Positions 25,867 through 33,550 of a DNA stretch of 34,338 nucleotides are shown piece by piece. The first letter of the stretch is position 1, and every line of letters starts with the position of its first letter. The translations under genes and the position numbers were made by a program. Under the pieces are notes generated by a model. It had not been told where the DNA came from and did no database searches. It saw only the letters and a program-made list of their open reading frames with translations. Origin of the DNA: a virus (lineage: Duplodnaviria > Caudoviricetes); IMG/VR virus record IMGVR_UViG_3300020045_007366, positions 1 to 34,338 of that record. The stretch is one strand, 5' to 3'.

Positions 25867-26020
25867 TTTTCTCCTTTTGCTACGATTTTTGCTAGTTCCA
25901 ACATAATATCCAAATCCTCATCCTTCAATTTCTTTGATACAGGGAAAATAAAGTAGATTCTCTGGTTGTAATGCGTAACTGTCAAATCACTATATTCATT
26001 AGCTCGGCATGGAACTTTAA

Positions 26021-26218
26021 TCATAGAATCATTAATCCTCTTTCATCGCCGACTTGAATATCAGCCTTAAAAAATGGAAGTATATGCTTTCCGCAATTAA
26101 TATGAATCAAATCATCCATGTTGTTTACAAACAGTATTCCATCGGGCAGTTTTGCACATTCGCAAAATATATCTAATTCTTTATACTCCGAACCATCCAT
26201 ATAACTAATCATGCCCAC
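26021..26218 (-). CDS. Hypothetical protein
   Basis: Small ORF with CxC and HxxC. Confidence 0.5.
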   Translation of the reverse strand: MGMISYMDGSEYKELDIFCECAKLPDGILFVNNMDDLIHINCGKHILPFFKADIQVGDERGLMIL

Positions 26219-26388
26219 CCCTGATTGATTGCATAGATTTGCTCTGATATTTCATACAAATCAATAGGTTCTGGCCTTTCAAAACAATCCCAATCTAATA
26301 AATTTGCAGCTTGCTCCATACAGGCTAATCTACCTTGTAGCGATGCCTTATTTTTAATCATCTATCCCTCGATCTCCATCAAAATTGT

Positions 26389-26736
26389 CTAAAACGGGAT
26401 AACTGGCTCACAATTCTCAAACACATAGTTTGAATATTTCCCATCCTTAGATTTAACTGTCCTGAGATTACAGGAGAAAGTCCTCCCATCTACATCAGAG
26501 TCTTCCCAGTCCATGTCCTTTCCTACTTTCTTGCCTCCGATAGCCTCAAGAAAATTATAATACTGATTGGGAAAGAGGAATAGATCCTTCTCCTGTCCAT
26601 CGAAACTTAACTTCCATATCCGCATGAACTTCCCACCAGCAAGTTCCTTCTTGCGAGGAACCCCGACAACTGTGAACTCATAGGCTCCATCTGGCAACAT
26701 TTCTGATCCTGAACCGCCACTTGTGGTCTCTCTCAT
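26389..26736 (-). CDS. Putative phage SSB (OB fold, DUF669-like)
   Basis: 'LPDGAYEFTV' N-terminus and 'IPF' C-terminal tip; adjacent to the exonuclease and SSAP. Confidence 0.65.
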   Translation of the reverse strand: MRETTSGGSGSEMLPDGAYEFTVVGVPRKKELAGGKFMRIWKLSFDGQEKDLFLFPNQYYNFLEAIGGKKVGKDMDWEDSDVDGRTFSCNLRTVKSKDGKYSNYVFENCEPVIPF

Positions 26737-26737
26737 T

Positions 26738-27343
26738 TCAGTCTCCTTTAAGTTTTTTAACCATATCGTCTAACTCTGTGCAGAAATTGTCTAGTGCTAA
26801 TCTCAACTTTGCTTGAAAAATCAAGTCAGGCAATACCCGAATGACCAGAGGCTTCATGGCAGGATAGTAACTCACAATATCACACCACTTGCGACCCGTT
26901 ACGAGCATGCCACCCTGAACCTGTTGCCAGTATTCTTCTACCAGACCACCGTCTATCAGGTATGAAACATGGTTAGCCAAGAGGGGACATTTAAACTCAA
27001 CCATACCATCATCATCTATAAGTCCGTCCGGTGAGCATCCATAGATAGCATTTCCTTCCGTCACACAGAACCCAACTTGCTCAACCTTCTTGCCTGTAGT
27101 CAACTCATAGAACGCCCTCGCCTCGGCTTCCATCTCCGTCCCTCTAGTCATAGCGGAAGATTTAAAGGTTTCCTCTGCCTTTCCTGTTATGCGTTCCCCC
27201 GCTGTCTGCAAGAGATATTTCCTTGCTTGCTTTGACGGCTCGCCTTTGGTGGTAACAATCTTGTCAAAATTGCTTGAGCTGGGAATACCGCAACGTGCAG
27301 ATGCCCATTCAGGACTTCCCTGAATCACATTTATTATTTTCAT
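26738..27343 (-). CDS. YqaJ / lambda-exonuclease family protein
   Basis: 'QGSPEW...RCG', 'AMTRGTEME..AR', 'CSPDGL', 'EFKCP' and 'YWQQVQG'. Confidence 0.92.
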   Translation of the reverse strand: MKIINVIQGSPEWASARCGIPSSSNFDKIVTTKGEPSKQARKYLLQTAGERITGKAEETFKSSAMTRGTEMEAEARAFYELTTGKKVEQVGFCVTEGNAIYGCSPDGLIDDDGMVEFKCPLLANHVSYLIDGGLVEEYWQQVQGGMLVTGRKWCDIVSYYPAMKPLVIRVLPDLIFQAKLRLALDNFCTELDDMVKKLKGD

Positions 27344-28065
27344 TTCTTACCAGCCCGTTTAGCTTCAATCACATTGAGTGCTTTCTTTAGGTCAGACTTA
27401 GCTATGTCCTCCAATTTCTCAACTTTCATAAAAGCCAAGAATTTCGGAAGCTCAATTTCGGATTCAACGATTAAGGTATCAAGGTTTTTGACATCTTCGG
27501 CATTTACTTTCTCAGCCGGGGCGTTTCCATCCTCGTCTGATGTCGCAATATTCCATACCATACACGTTAGATACCGCCTACCATAAGAGGTAGATGATGC
27601 CTTCGCATGGGTTTTGGTCATAAATGCCGAACCCTTAATCCCAAGCCCGTCACATGGAATATCAATATGATAGGTTTCCTTGTGTCCGGACTTGTGCAAA
27701 ACGTCGGCGCATATCCTCACATTCTCAGCCACCGTAGTCGCCCCCTCATAGAAAATCATGGAGAACCCTTCGGCGGTATAGACAGGTTTAGCAATCTCTA
27801 GGATATTATCCAGAGAGGCATACTTGCTATGCGTTTGCGGATTCAGTTGGGTCTTGATGATAGAGGATATTTTAGACTGAACCAGAGAGAAGGCTACCGC
27901 AAACGCTTTCCTTGCCTGATTCGTCTCATACCTCTCCTGTAATTCCATTAACTTTTCCAGTTTCGTCAAGTCCGACCCTGCTGAAATGGCCTGTCGGATT
28001 GTCTCCATAGGAGTCGAGAACACTTCCGACCCTTGCTTGATAGGTTCTAATTCTTTAGTTTTCAC
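27340..28065 (-). CDS. erf: ERF-family single-strand annealing protein
   Basis: 'SKYASLDNI', 'LHKSGH' and 'ASSTSYGRRY' (GSxxTYxRRY-like). Confidence 0.88.
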   Translation of the reverse strand: MKTKELEPIKQGSEVFSTPMETIRQAISAGSDLTKLEKLMELQERYETNQARKAFAVAFSLVQSKISSIIKTQLNPQTHSKYASLDNILEIAKPVYTAEGFSMIFYEGATTVAENVRICADVLHKSGHKETYHIDIPCDGLGIKGSAFMTKTHAKASSTSYGRRYLTCMVWNIATSDEDGNAPAEKVNAEDVKNLDTLIVESEIELPKFLAFMKVEKLEDIAKSDLKKALNVIEAKRAGKK

Positions 28066-28237
28066 TTTAAAACCTCCGTTGACTTCCTCGCTATCTGATT
28101 CCTGAGCTCTTTAATTAATTCATTCATGCTATCTTCCAACTTAATTTCCGCTCGCATAACCTGTTCCCTAGCAAAGAGGAAATCATCCAGAGCCTTTTGC
28201 TTTAACTTTTCCAATTCAATAATAATCTCTTGATCAG

Positions 28238-28483
28238 TCATAGTGAACCTCCATGCTTAAGTCTCTGATCTTCTAGCATATTCTGATACCGTTCCTCGGA
28301 ATATTCCTCATACCAATTCCAGGTATTATCTTCCGACATCAGGCGGGATAGTCGTGACGGATCGCCATCAAGTTCTGCCTTCGTTACAATCCCGACCTCA
28401 AGAGCAAACCTTTCGAAGTCCTGAACGCTTAGCCCCAATACCGCTACTCTTGAATCTTGAATGTGATCGTGTAAAGTATCCAT
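28238..28483 (-). CDS. Acidic hypothetical protein
   Basis: AGGAGG RBS supports MDTLHD. Confidence 0.55.
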   Translation of the reverse strand: MDTLHDHIQDSRVAVLGLSVQDFERFALEVGIVTKAELDGDPSRLSRLMSEDNTWNWYEEYSEERYQNMLEDQRLKHGGSL

Positions 28484-28484
28484 G

Positions 28485-28691
28485 TTATGAGTTCCTCCTA
28501 GTGGCATACTTAATAAATGCCTTCCTCTCTTGCTCGTCTCGCTTTCTTAAATCCTCTTCTGACGGGAGGATTTCAACCGTGAAATGATTCTTCAACTCCC
28601 ACTTCCTCAACCATTTCAATACCGTAATGATTACCTGATACATGAACAGGCCATATAGGAAGGCTAGGGCGTATATGAATATGGTGGTCAT
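28485..28691 (-). CDS. Small single-TM protein
   Basis: Hydrophobic N-terminus; GGAGG RBS. Confidence 0.6.
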   Translation of the reverse strand: MTTIFIYALAFLYGLFMYQVIITVLKWLRKWELKNHFTVEILPSEEDLRKRDEQERKAFIKYATRRNS

Positions 28692-28891
28692 GACTTTCCC
28701 TCCGCCTTGGCGATTAGTTTCGCTAACATCCTTTCGTGTCTGTTTTCAGTCCCGTGATTAGCTCCGCCATATCCCGTAGCTGTAAGGTGGGCTAAAACAA
28801 GTTTACATGCCCCCAAAAGCTCGGCGTTTATCTTTACAAGTTCCCCATAGTTATCGTGACCGTTGATTTCGTCGTATGTTAGTTTCCGCAT
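28688..28891 (-). CDS. Small phage protein ('ELL.A.K...IAKAEG' type)
   Basis: Motif shared with 32350-32610. Confidence 0.6.
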   Translation of the reverse strand: MRKLTYDEINGHDNYGELVKINAELLGACKLVLAHLTATGYGGANHGTENRHERMLAKLIAKAEGKS

Positions 28892-28998
28892 TAGATCACC
28901 TCCGCAAGTTCAATGATTCGATCATCAATTTCTTCCATGAGCAAGTTTCCAAGCCTCTCTAATTCTCCCTGATACCTCATTTCGTCGAATGAATCCAT
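28891..28998 (-). CDS. 35-aa first ORF of the recombination operon
   Basis: GGAGG RBS then ATG 28998. The longer track ORF merely reads through the structured leader. Confidence 0.65.
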   Translation of the reverse strand: MDSFDEMRYQGELERLGNLLMEEIDDRIIELAEVI

Positions 28999-29022
28999 GA
29001 CAAGACCTCCATTATAAGATAA

Positions 29023-29085
29023 GCACCCCCCTGCGCTTGTCATGGAGTGCCTTTCAGCACTATCGGTTAAGATCGCAGAGGGGGC
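29023..29085 (-). ncRNA. C4/CI-like antisense RNA
   Basis: GC-rich closing stem around two single-stranded boxes (UAACCGAU, CCAUGACAAG) separated by the hairpin AGUGC/GCACU. Complementary targets lie at 29140-29147, 29154-29163 and 28995-29004. Confidence 0.65.
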
Positions 29086-29122
29086 AATAAAATAGGCAGA
29101 CCTAGGATAACCCAAGTCTGCC
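29086..29122 (-). terminator. Leader hairpin / attenuator
   Basis: GGCAGACUUGGG-UUAU-CCUAGGUCUGCC followed by UAUUUUAUU. Confidence 0.55.
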
Positions 29123-29167
29123 GAAAACGCATTTCGATATAACCGATTGATTACCATGACAAGAATG

Positions 29168-29196
29168 ATTATAGCATACTTCTAATGATTTGTCAA
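29168..29196 (-). promoter_or_regulatory. Consensus sigma70 promoter
   Basis: TTGACA-17-TATAAT with an extended -10 TG. Confidence 0.85.
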
Positions 29197-29238
29197 CATT
29201 TATTATTATAATTCTTTACCGTCGGAATAATGATTTCA

Positions 29239-29881
29239 TTAAAAATTAAATACTTCCTGTTTTAGTCTTTGAACTGTTACGGCACAGTATTTTTCTTCTA
29301 TCTCACATCCTATAAATTTACGCCCTAAGTCTTTACAGGCCCTTGCTGTAGTTCCTGACCCCATAAACGGATCGCATATAGTCTCACCTTCATTACAGTC
29401 TATCAGGCGCATAATCAAATCAACAGGCTTTTCTGTGGGATGTAAATTATTGCCTGTTCTATCATTATGAATCACATCAGGAATTCTTTTAATAAATTTA
29501 TGTCCTGAATTTGCATAAAAACAAATCGCTTCCCATTGCCTGCCGTGTTCATGTTCAAGGTCGCCCATACTCCAATTATTCTTTACCCATGCCAAAACAC
29601 TCTTAGGGGGGGGGCATTTGAGATAGGTTATCCCATCGGCAAAAGAAATAGGCGCAATTCCTGGCCTTCTTTATGGCATCCAGAATCAAGTCAACAGGAA
29701 GAGCATCGTCCCCTATAATCTTCATGTGCTTTTCAGCTCTATGGTTACTCTGAAAATTCATGCCATAGGGAGGATCTGAAATGATTATGTCAACAGGCTC
29801 AAGGTGAGGTAAAATATCTCTGCAATCACCACAATAAATAGTAATTCCAGGCTCAGAATAATATGGTTTAGGCAGGCTCAT
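29239..29881 (-). pseudogene. N4/N6 DNA methyltransferase (beta class), frameshifted in a C9 tract
   Basis: Motif IV 'SDPPYG' in the upstream ORF; 'HPTEKP' and motif I 'DPFMGSGTT' in the downstream ORF. Removing one C at 29606-29614 joins them (...QMPPPKSVLAWVK...). Confidence 0.85.
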
Positions 29882-30175
29882 CCTTCCTCCTCGATGGACG
29901 GATTTCGACTTGAATAATTTCCAAATCATCCCGCAAGGAACTTACAGTATCAACAATGCCAAAAACATTTCCATTGTCAAAATCTTCTTTGGTCATATAT
30001 CCCATTAGTAATTTCCTACGCTTCAATTTAATCATGGTTTTTAAAATATATCGCTAATTGTATAACAAATAATACAATCATAATTATCAAGAATATTTTC
30101 CCAATCATCCTTCCTCCTCATACTCATTCCTCTCACAATCCGGCATCTGGCAATGGGACTGATTGCAGGGGCAGA

Positions 30176-30550
30176 TCATTTAAGTAACTCTGGGTTCTCA
30201 TAGATGTTGCCGATAACTATTTTATCTTCACATAGAATTCCTCTGGCATCCCAAGATCCCCACTCATCATTCCAACAAATCTCAGTAGGTTTTCCATATC
30301 TACCTATTTTTTTTATCCCATAAATATTTCTTGCCTTTATAATATCCCCATCATAAATCTCCCTTCCATTCTTGTCGAGGAGTCCAGTAAGTTGCATGAG
30401 GTTTCCATCTACCACAATTTCATTATGCCCATTTGGAGAATAGTCTGGGGTAGCAAACCACATCTCTCCACTTTTTTTGAAACTTATGCTCGACACAAAA
30501 ACCATCTTTTTATTGATTCTATCCCAAGCCCTAAATTTTAATATTCTCAT
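30176..30550 (-). CDS. YopX family protein
   Basis: 'KFRAWD', 'MQLTGLLDKNGREIYDGDI' and 'VIGNIYENPELL'. Confidence 0.92.
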   Translation of the reverse strand: MRILKFRAWDRINKKMVFVSSISFKKSGEMWFATPDYSPNGHNEIVVDGNLMQLTGLLDKNGREIYDGDIIKARNIYGIKKIGRYGKPTEICWNDEWGSWDARGILCEDKIVIGNIYENPELLK

Positions 30551-30614
30551 CTCAAATGAACCTTCCTATTTTCATTATCCCGAATGTCTCGCTTGTCTCT
30601 GATTGTGATGGATT

Positions 30615-30755
30615 TCATTTCTTTATAAATCTTTTGCAATCGCATTTTCTACAATCTTTATACTTGCGATAGAATGGATCAGAGGCATGACTATAATCAT
30701 GTTGAATATATTCATGACCACATTTACATAACTGCCATTTTTCTGGAATTTTCAT
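30615..30755 (-). CDS. 46-aa Cys/His-rich peptide (not in track)
   Basis: CKCGH....H...C..C.C..F; AGGAG RBS. Confidence 0.55.
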   Translation of the reverse strand: MKIPEKWQLCKCGHEYIQHDYSHASDPFYRKYKDCRKCDCKRFIKK

Positions 30756-30880
30756 CTCATCACGCTCCTATACTCTTTCGTCATCTTTGCGTCTAATTTT
30801 TTTATCATAAACCATCTAATAAATTCTTTCCTTGATAATCCTAACTTTTTTCTTAATCCTTCTAATTTATTATTTTTCAT
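30752..30880 (-). CDS. 42-aa basic peptide resembling a Cro/XRE HTH N-terminus (not in track)
   Basis: MKNNKLEGLRKKLGLSRKEF...; ATGA overlap with the next gene. Confidence 0.45.
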   Translation of the reverse strand: MKNNKLEGLRKKLGLSRKEFIRWFMIKKLDAKMTKEYRSVMR

Positions 30881-30919
30881 ACCCTTTAATAAATCCCTCT
30901 CAAAACTCACAATAACAAC

Positions 30920-31345
30920 TCTTTAAAACAAAAGAAGAAAAAACCCAGGGGATTGAGTATTTACTAACTTCTTCTTTATGGACGTTTACTATCTAACGTC
31001 AAGTCAAGATTTTTCAAGAATAATCCTGCTCGTATCTTCCTATACGCCGTAATTATTCGGATTCATGTATGGGTTTCTTTCCATACTGCGATCATGCGAC
31101 CGCTCACAATGTTGAAGTATCCCCTGGCGTCCCTTTTAAAGTAAACCGCTTAACTTGCCGCTTTATTTCCCATTGACGAAGCTCGGCAACGTCACTTACT
31201 CTACTGTCCAAAGCATAGGAGCAGACTTTGTTCTTAATCTCAAAAAATTATACTGGTAAAGACCCGCCTCCCAACCAGTCCAAGATTTCATTGTGCACAA
31301 TTACTTTCTTGATTTAATGGCATCCCAAGCTATGATGCCTACCCT
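30920..31345 (-). ncRNA. Candidate large structured non-coding RNA
   Basis: No ORF of 60 aa or more. At least nine stems, several of which need G-U pairs on the - strand. Long-range CCAGGGGAU/AUCCCCUGG pairing. Confidence 0.55.
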
Positions 31346-31366
31346 GTATGCAAAATGGAAAGATAA

Positions 31367-31732
31367 TTAGTCCTTCCAACTAAGCATACGCTTTTCCTGT
31401 CTTTGTGAAATTACGTTGTCCAGAAGTCCATAAACATTTTCTGCTATTCCCCCGTTTCCGCCATGATCTCTATTGAAAACCCATGACATAAGACCATGAG
31501 AAAGAGAATAACATTCTGAACTTGAAATTTTCTTTTTAACAATCGGGCAGTATATAAAACCATCCCATCTATACGGCCCAATTTCTTTTTTATGCCAAAA
31601 TATTTTCATTCCAGAGCCAGGATAAATTTTGTTGACATGATCCTGAGCCTCAGCCCTAGAGCGCGGCTTAGTTTTTAGGAATTTTAGTATTTTGTAATAC
31701 TCTTTATTTTCGTATTGGTTTAGTTTTTTCAT
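31367..31732 (-). CDS. 121-aa hypothetical protein, possibly winged-helix-like
   Basis: ATG 31732 directly after a structured leader; 'YYKILKFLKTKPRSRAE' resembles a wHTH start. Confidence 0.6.
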   Translation of the reverse strand: MKKLNQYENKEYYKILKFLKTKPRSRAEAQDHVNKIYPGSGMKIFWHKKEIGPYRWDGFIYCPIVKKKISSSECYSLSHGLMSWVFNRDHGGNGGIAENVYGLLDNVISQRQEKRMLSWKD

Positions 31733-31806
31733 ATAAATAAAAAAATAGTGAGCTTCTCCGAGGTAGGCGAAGAAACTCACTATTTCCTTTCGCCCTACCG
31801 CGAAAG
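31733..31806 (-). promoter_or_regulatory. Two-hairpin leader with complementary loops, ending in a terminator-like U-tract
   Basis: UUUCGC-GGUAGG-GCGAAA, then AAAUAGUGAGUUUCU-(CCUACC in loop)-AGAAGCUCACUAUUU-UUUU. Confidence 0.6.
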
Positions 31807-31846
31807 ACCGTCATCTACAAGATATTAAAGATCAAACCTGTTGAGA

Positions 31847-31876
31847 AGTATATCAAAACTTTGGGAATCATGTCAA
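31847..31876 (-). promoter_or_regulatory. Sigma70 promoter
   Basis: TTGACA-18-TATACT with TG upstream of the -10. Confidence 0.7.
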
Positions 31877-31986
31877 GCATTATTTTAGGATTGAGACTAG
31901 CAAGGTTTTGATTTTCATTTTATAGACGCTCCTCATTTGGGTAATGATATATTCCTATCATATTGAGGATATTCCTGTCAAGCGAT

Positions 31987-32145
31987 TTAAAAATATTTAT
32001 CATAGAAGTCACAGATATATTTTTCAAAGATAGGCTTCGTCACTTCCATGCCCTCTCCGTCGTGTCTTGTAATGTGAACTGTCCCATCTTTCCATTGAAC
32101 GATATTGAAGTCTGTCATCTTGATAGTTCCTAAAGTTAATTTCAT
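31987..32145 (-). CDS. 52-aa hypothetical protein (not in track)
   Basis: MKLTLGTIK...FYDKYF; packed after 32147. Confidence 0.55.
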   Translation of the reverse strand: MKLTLGTIKMTDFNIVQWKDGTVHITRHDGEGMEVTKPIFEKYICDFYDKYF

Positions 32146-32146
32146 A

Positions 32147-32353
32147 TCACTTCCCCTTTCCCTTCAGATTTTGCACTTCAGTGCAAGCGGATATAAAATG
32201 CCCATAAATTCTAAACCAATTCGCTTCGAGAGGGTCGTCCATAGTTTCACATAATGCTAAGGCGTAATTTCTAAAAGCTTCCGCATCGTCCAAGGTTACA
32301 TGACAGCGAATATAATTGTCTAAATGTTTTTCGATGTATGGATCAAGTGTCAT
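32147..32353 (-). CDS. Hypothetical protein
   Basis: GGGAGG RBS; ATGA overlap. Confidence 0.6.
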   Translation of the reverse strand: MTLDPYIEKHLDNYIRCHVTLDDAEAFRNYALALCETMDDPLEANWFRIYGHFISACTEVQNLKGKGK

Positions 32354-32610
32354 ATTATTTCCCTCCCTTTATATTTTGCTATGACGGCCTCAAGTTTGCC
32401 CTGACAAGTTCTCTCCACGCAACCACCAGCAGCATTCTCTAAATCTCTTATTTCAATTAAAGCCAGTTTTGCGACTTCTAAAAGCTCCGCAATATGCCTG
32501 TCTTTTTCTTTGAGGGTTTCTCTAATTTCACATTTACAATCAGACAGATATTTTCTACAAATAATGCAGATTCCGATTGGATTTGATCGCTTGCTAGATT
32601 TTGGAATCAT
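32350..32610 (-). CDS. Hypothetical protein (CxxC...CxC; 'ELL...IAK' type)
   Basis: GAGG RBS; motif shared with 28688-28891. Confidence 0.6.
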   Translation of the reverse strand: MIPKSSKRSNPIGICIICRKYLSDCKCEIRETLKEKDRHIAELLEVAKLALIEIRDLENAAGGCVERTCQGKLEAVIAKYKGREII

Positions 32611-32613
32611 GGC

Positions 32614-33063
32614 TTATTTACCTCTCTTTATATTTTGCTCGTGCAGGCTCAGGATGTATTGCGTCATGTTCTTCATGGATTTATATGCGCTCTCTTTGAT
32701 TGACTGGTATGTTTTCTTTGTCATCCTTACCACAACGAATTTTCGCTTAGGAACTCTATTTGGAAACTCTCTTCTTTTAACATTTTCAGATAATTCTATA
32801 AATCTACAGTTTTGAATTTCATAGTTACCATTAGAGTCAATCCTGTCAATGGAAGGACGTTTTAACGATGCCCCATTATCTCTATGCCATAAAAATTCTA
32901 GTTCATCCATTTCAATTAGACATTTGACCCCTTTTCCGCCATAGTAAGCATATCCACATGATTTAATTGAATTGCATCTATTTTTCATACTACTAAGCCT
33001 AGGCTGTAGAAAGGATCGAATCTTTCTTTTCCAGTTTGTTTTTTGCTTATCTGTTAGTGTCAT
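32614..33063 (-). CDS. HNH-like endonuclease fused to a C-terminal ribbon-helix-helix-like domain
   Basis: 'MKNRC...YYGGKGV', 'SIDRIDSNGNYEIQNCRFI..SEN'; C-terminus 'KRKFVVVRMTKKTYQSIKESA...NMTQYI'. Start ATG 33063 via ATGA overlap. Confidence 0.75.
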   Translation of the reverse strand: MTLTDKQKTNWKRKIRSFLQPRLSSMKNRCNSIKSCGYAYYGGKGVKCLIEMDELEFLWHRDNGASLKRPSIDRIDSNGNYEIQNCRFIELSENVKRREFPNRVPKRKFVVVRMTKKTYQSIKESAYKSMKNMTQYILSLHEQNIKRGK

Positions 33064-33203
33064 TTGATTTCTCTTTTGGCTGTAACAGTTCTCTTCATTT
33101 TGTTGAAATAATTTAACTGAGTTTGGGCTGTCCGGCACGGCTCTGAACAGTAGAACTTCCAGCCTTTGGGAACTGGTGAATTGCAGAATTTGCATTTTTT
33201 CAT
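33060..33203 (-). CDS. 47-aa Zn-finger peptide (not in track)
   Basis: MKKCKFC...FYCSEPC; AAGGAG RBS; first gene after the promoter. Confidence 0.7.
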   Translation of the reverse strand: MKKCKFCNSPVPKGWKFYCSEPCRTAQTQLNYFNKMKRTVTAKREIK

Positions 33204-33232
33204 CTTAGCTCACGCTCCTTTTCCTTATATAG

Positions 33233-33261
33233 AGTATATCATACATATAGGATAATTGCAA
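33233..33261 (-). promoter_or_regulatory. Leftward early promoter
   Basis: TTGCAA-17-TATACT with an extended TG and an AT-rich upstream element. Confidence 0.7.
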
Positions 33262-33313
33262 GGGGTAAATAAATAAATCTTTTCATCCATGTAAAGACTT
33301 GTAAGCAAATGCA

Positions 33314-33425
33314 AATAATTGCCTACTTGACAAAATTCAAGACTTCATGTATATTTTAGCCATGGATCATTTTTTCCCTCAGAATGATATAACAGTTTCC
33401 TCACTCAAATTTAATAATCTAAAAT
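33314..33425 (+). repeat. Left arm of the 112-bp perfect inverted repeat
   Basis: Exact reverse complement of 34227-34338. Confidence 0.95.
33327..33355 (+). promoter_or_regulatory. Rightward promoter (inside the inverted repeat, mirrored near the window end)
   Basis: TTGACA-17-TATATT, with ATG 6 nt downstream. Confidence 0.7.
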
Positions 33426-33550
33426 CCCGTCAATCCAAACAACAAGATATCTCACGTTACGATCAGGACATTTCAAATTTAAAAAAATCAGGTTATACTT
33501 ATTCACCATGTTCAAGGTCCGTTGATATGTATATTGCTAAACCGTTTTAG
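33362..33550 (+). CDS. Possible leaderless hypothetical protein
   Basis: ATG just after the -10 box; no recognised family. Confidence 0.35.
   Translation: MDHFFPQNDITVSSLKFNNLKSRQSKQQDISRYDQDISNLKKSGYTYSPCSRSVDMYIAKPF

Noticed and set aside
28999-29157. N-terminal extension of the track ORF 28891-29157
   Set aside because: It runs through the structured leader, and the RBS supports ATG 28998. A leaderless start at 29157 cannot be fully excluded.
30920-31345. tRNA, tmRNA, CRISPR or retron ncRNA
   Set aside because: No cloverleaf/T-loop, no repeat-spacer periodicity, and no reverse transcriptase in the window.
23629-32815. + strand ORFs over the early arm
   Set aside because: Antisense to recognised genes; no supporting signals.
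33064-33195. N-terminal extension of the HNH ORF
   Set aside because: A better Zn-finger ORF (33060-33203) with an RBS occupies another frame.
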